Assembly (NCBI RefSeq): GCF_009914755.1
Contig: NC_060933.1
Reading direction: 5' to 3' (one strand)
Length of the DNA stretch: 64,000 nucleotides
Source of the DNA: the human T2T-CHM13v2.0 reference genome, Homo sapiens
The first letter of the stretch is position 1. Each line of letters starts with the position of its first letter. Position numbers and translations under genes: made by a program. Of this stretch, positions 63,549-64,000 are shown in pieces. The notes under the pieces were generated by a model. It saw nothing but the letters and a program-made list of their open reading frames with translations. It did not search any database and was not told the origin of the DNA.

Positions 63549-64000
63549 TTCTAGAGACTTGAAAAAGCAAAACGTATTGCATTGGCCAAGACAAAAGTGA
63601 GGTTCAGGTGGCTGGAGAGGAGGCAAGAAATGAGTTGGGTTTGGGGTTAAAAAGTGACTTAAGCTCTGAGTAGAGGAAGGAAAGGAGAGAGGACATTGTT
63701 GGCAGAGGGACAGAGGCCCAGAGGGGAGACTGAGAGCCTTCTAGCCACAATGGAATGACCAGAATGTGGGTAATTAGACTATATTAGCTTCAAAGTGACC
63801 CACTTAACTCTTTCCCCTTACACCTTCCCTGCACCAAATTAATAGACATTTATCAGAACAGCCTGTTTCAGGAAGTAAAAGATCAGGGGCCAAGCAGCAG
63901 GTATGTGTGTTGGGGAGAGGGGTCTCTGAATTATTTCTTTTGCCATTGTTGAGTTCCAGGGTCCAATAGTAGAAGCAGCATCAGTGAAGAGTCCTGAGAC

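Overview
This window is human (or close primate) genomic DNA, not prokaryotic. It holds the 3' end of ZNF462 on the + strand, which I recognise from the translated exons. Three coding exons (15588-15720, 21839-21962, 23117-23324) splice in frame to give ...VSRNFELVGRVNLDQLEQMKEKMESSSSDDEDKEEEMNSKAEDRELMRFSDHGAALNTEKRFPCEFCGRAFSQGSEWERHVLRHGMALNDTKQ...LLENAEAKKE*. A 3' UTR of about 2.6 kb follows and ends near 25915. Bases 1-15587 are the tail of a long upstream intron. Bases ~26000-64000 are repeat-rich downstream DNA (L1, L2, MIR, Alu, MaLR/ERVL LTRs, MER DNA transposons) that includes a 1.8-kb AT-rich VNTR. Almost all ORFs in the supplied track are L1 remnants, repeat translations or chance ORFs. 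The most interesting observations are: (1) the first ZNF462 exon here begins with GTAAGC directly after its acceptor AG, the architecture of a recursive-splicing (RS) exon, and losing it would give an immediate stop and predicted NMD; (2) a stitched THE1 LTR/int-MLT2A-L1 chimera carries a 218-codon ATG ORF between two same-orientation LTRs; (3) several templated-repair scars are readable by eye, including an 86-bp copy 1.9 kb from its donor and two template-switch palindromes; (4) the VNTR is concentrically layered and appears to have arisen inside an old L1. Repeat subfamily names come from recalled consensus sequences and need RepeatMasker/Dfam confirmation. Many short MIR/L2 fragments are not listed individually.
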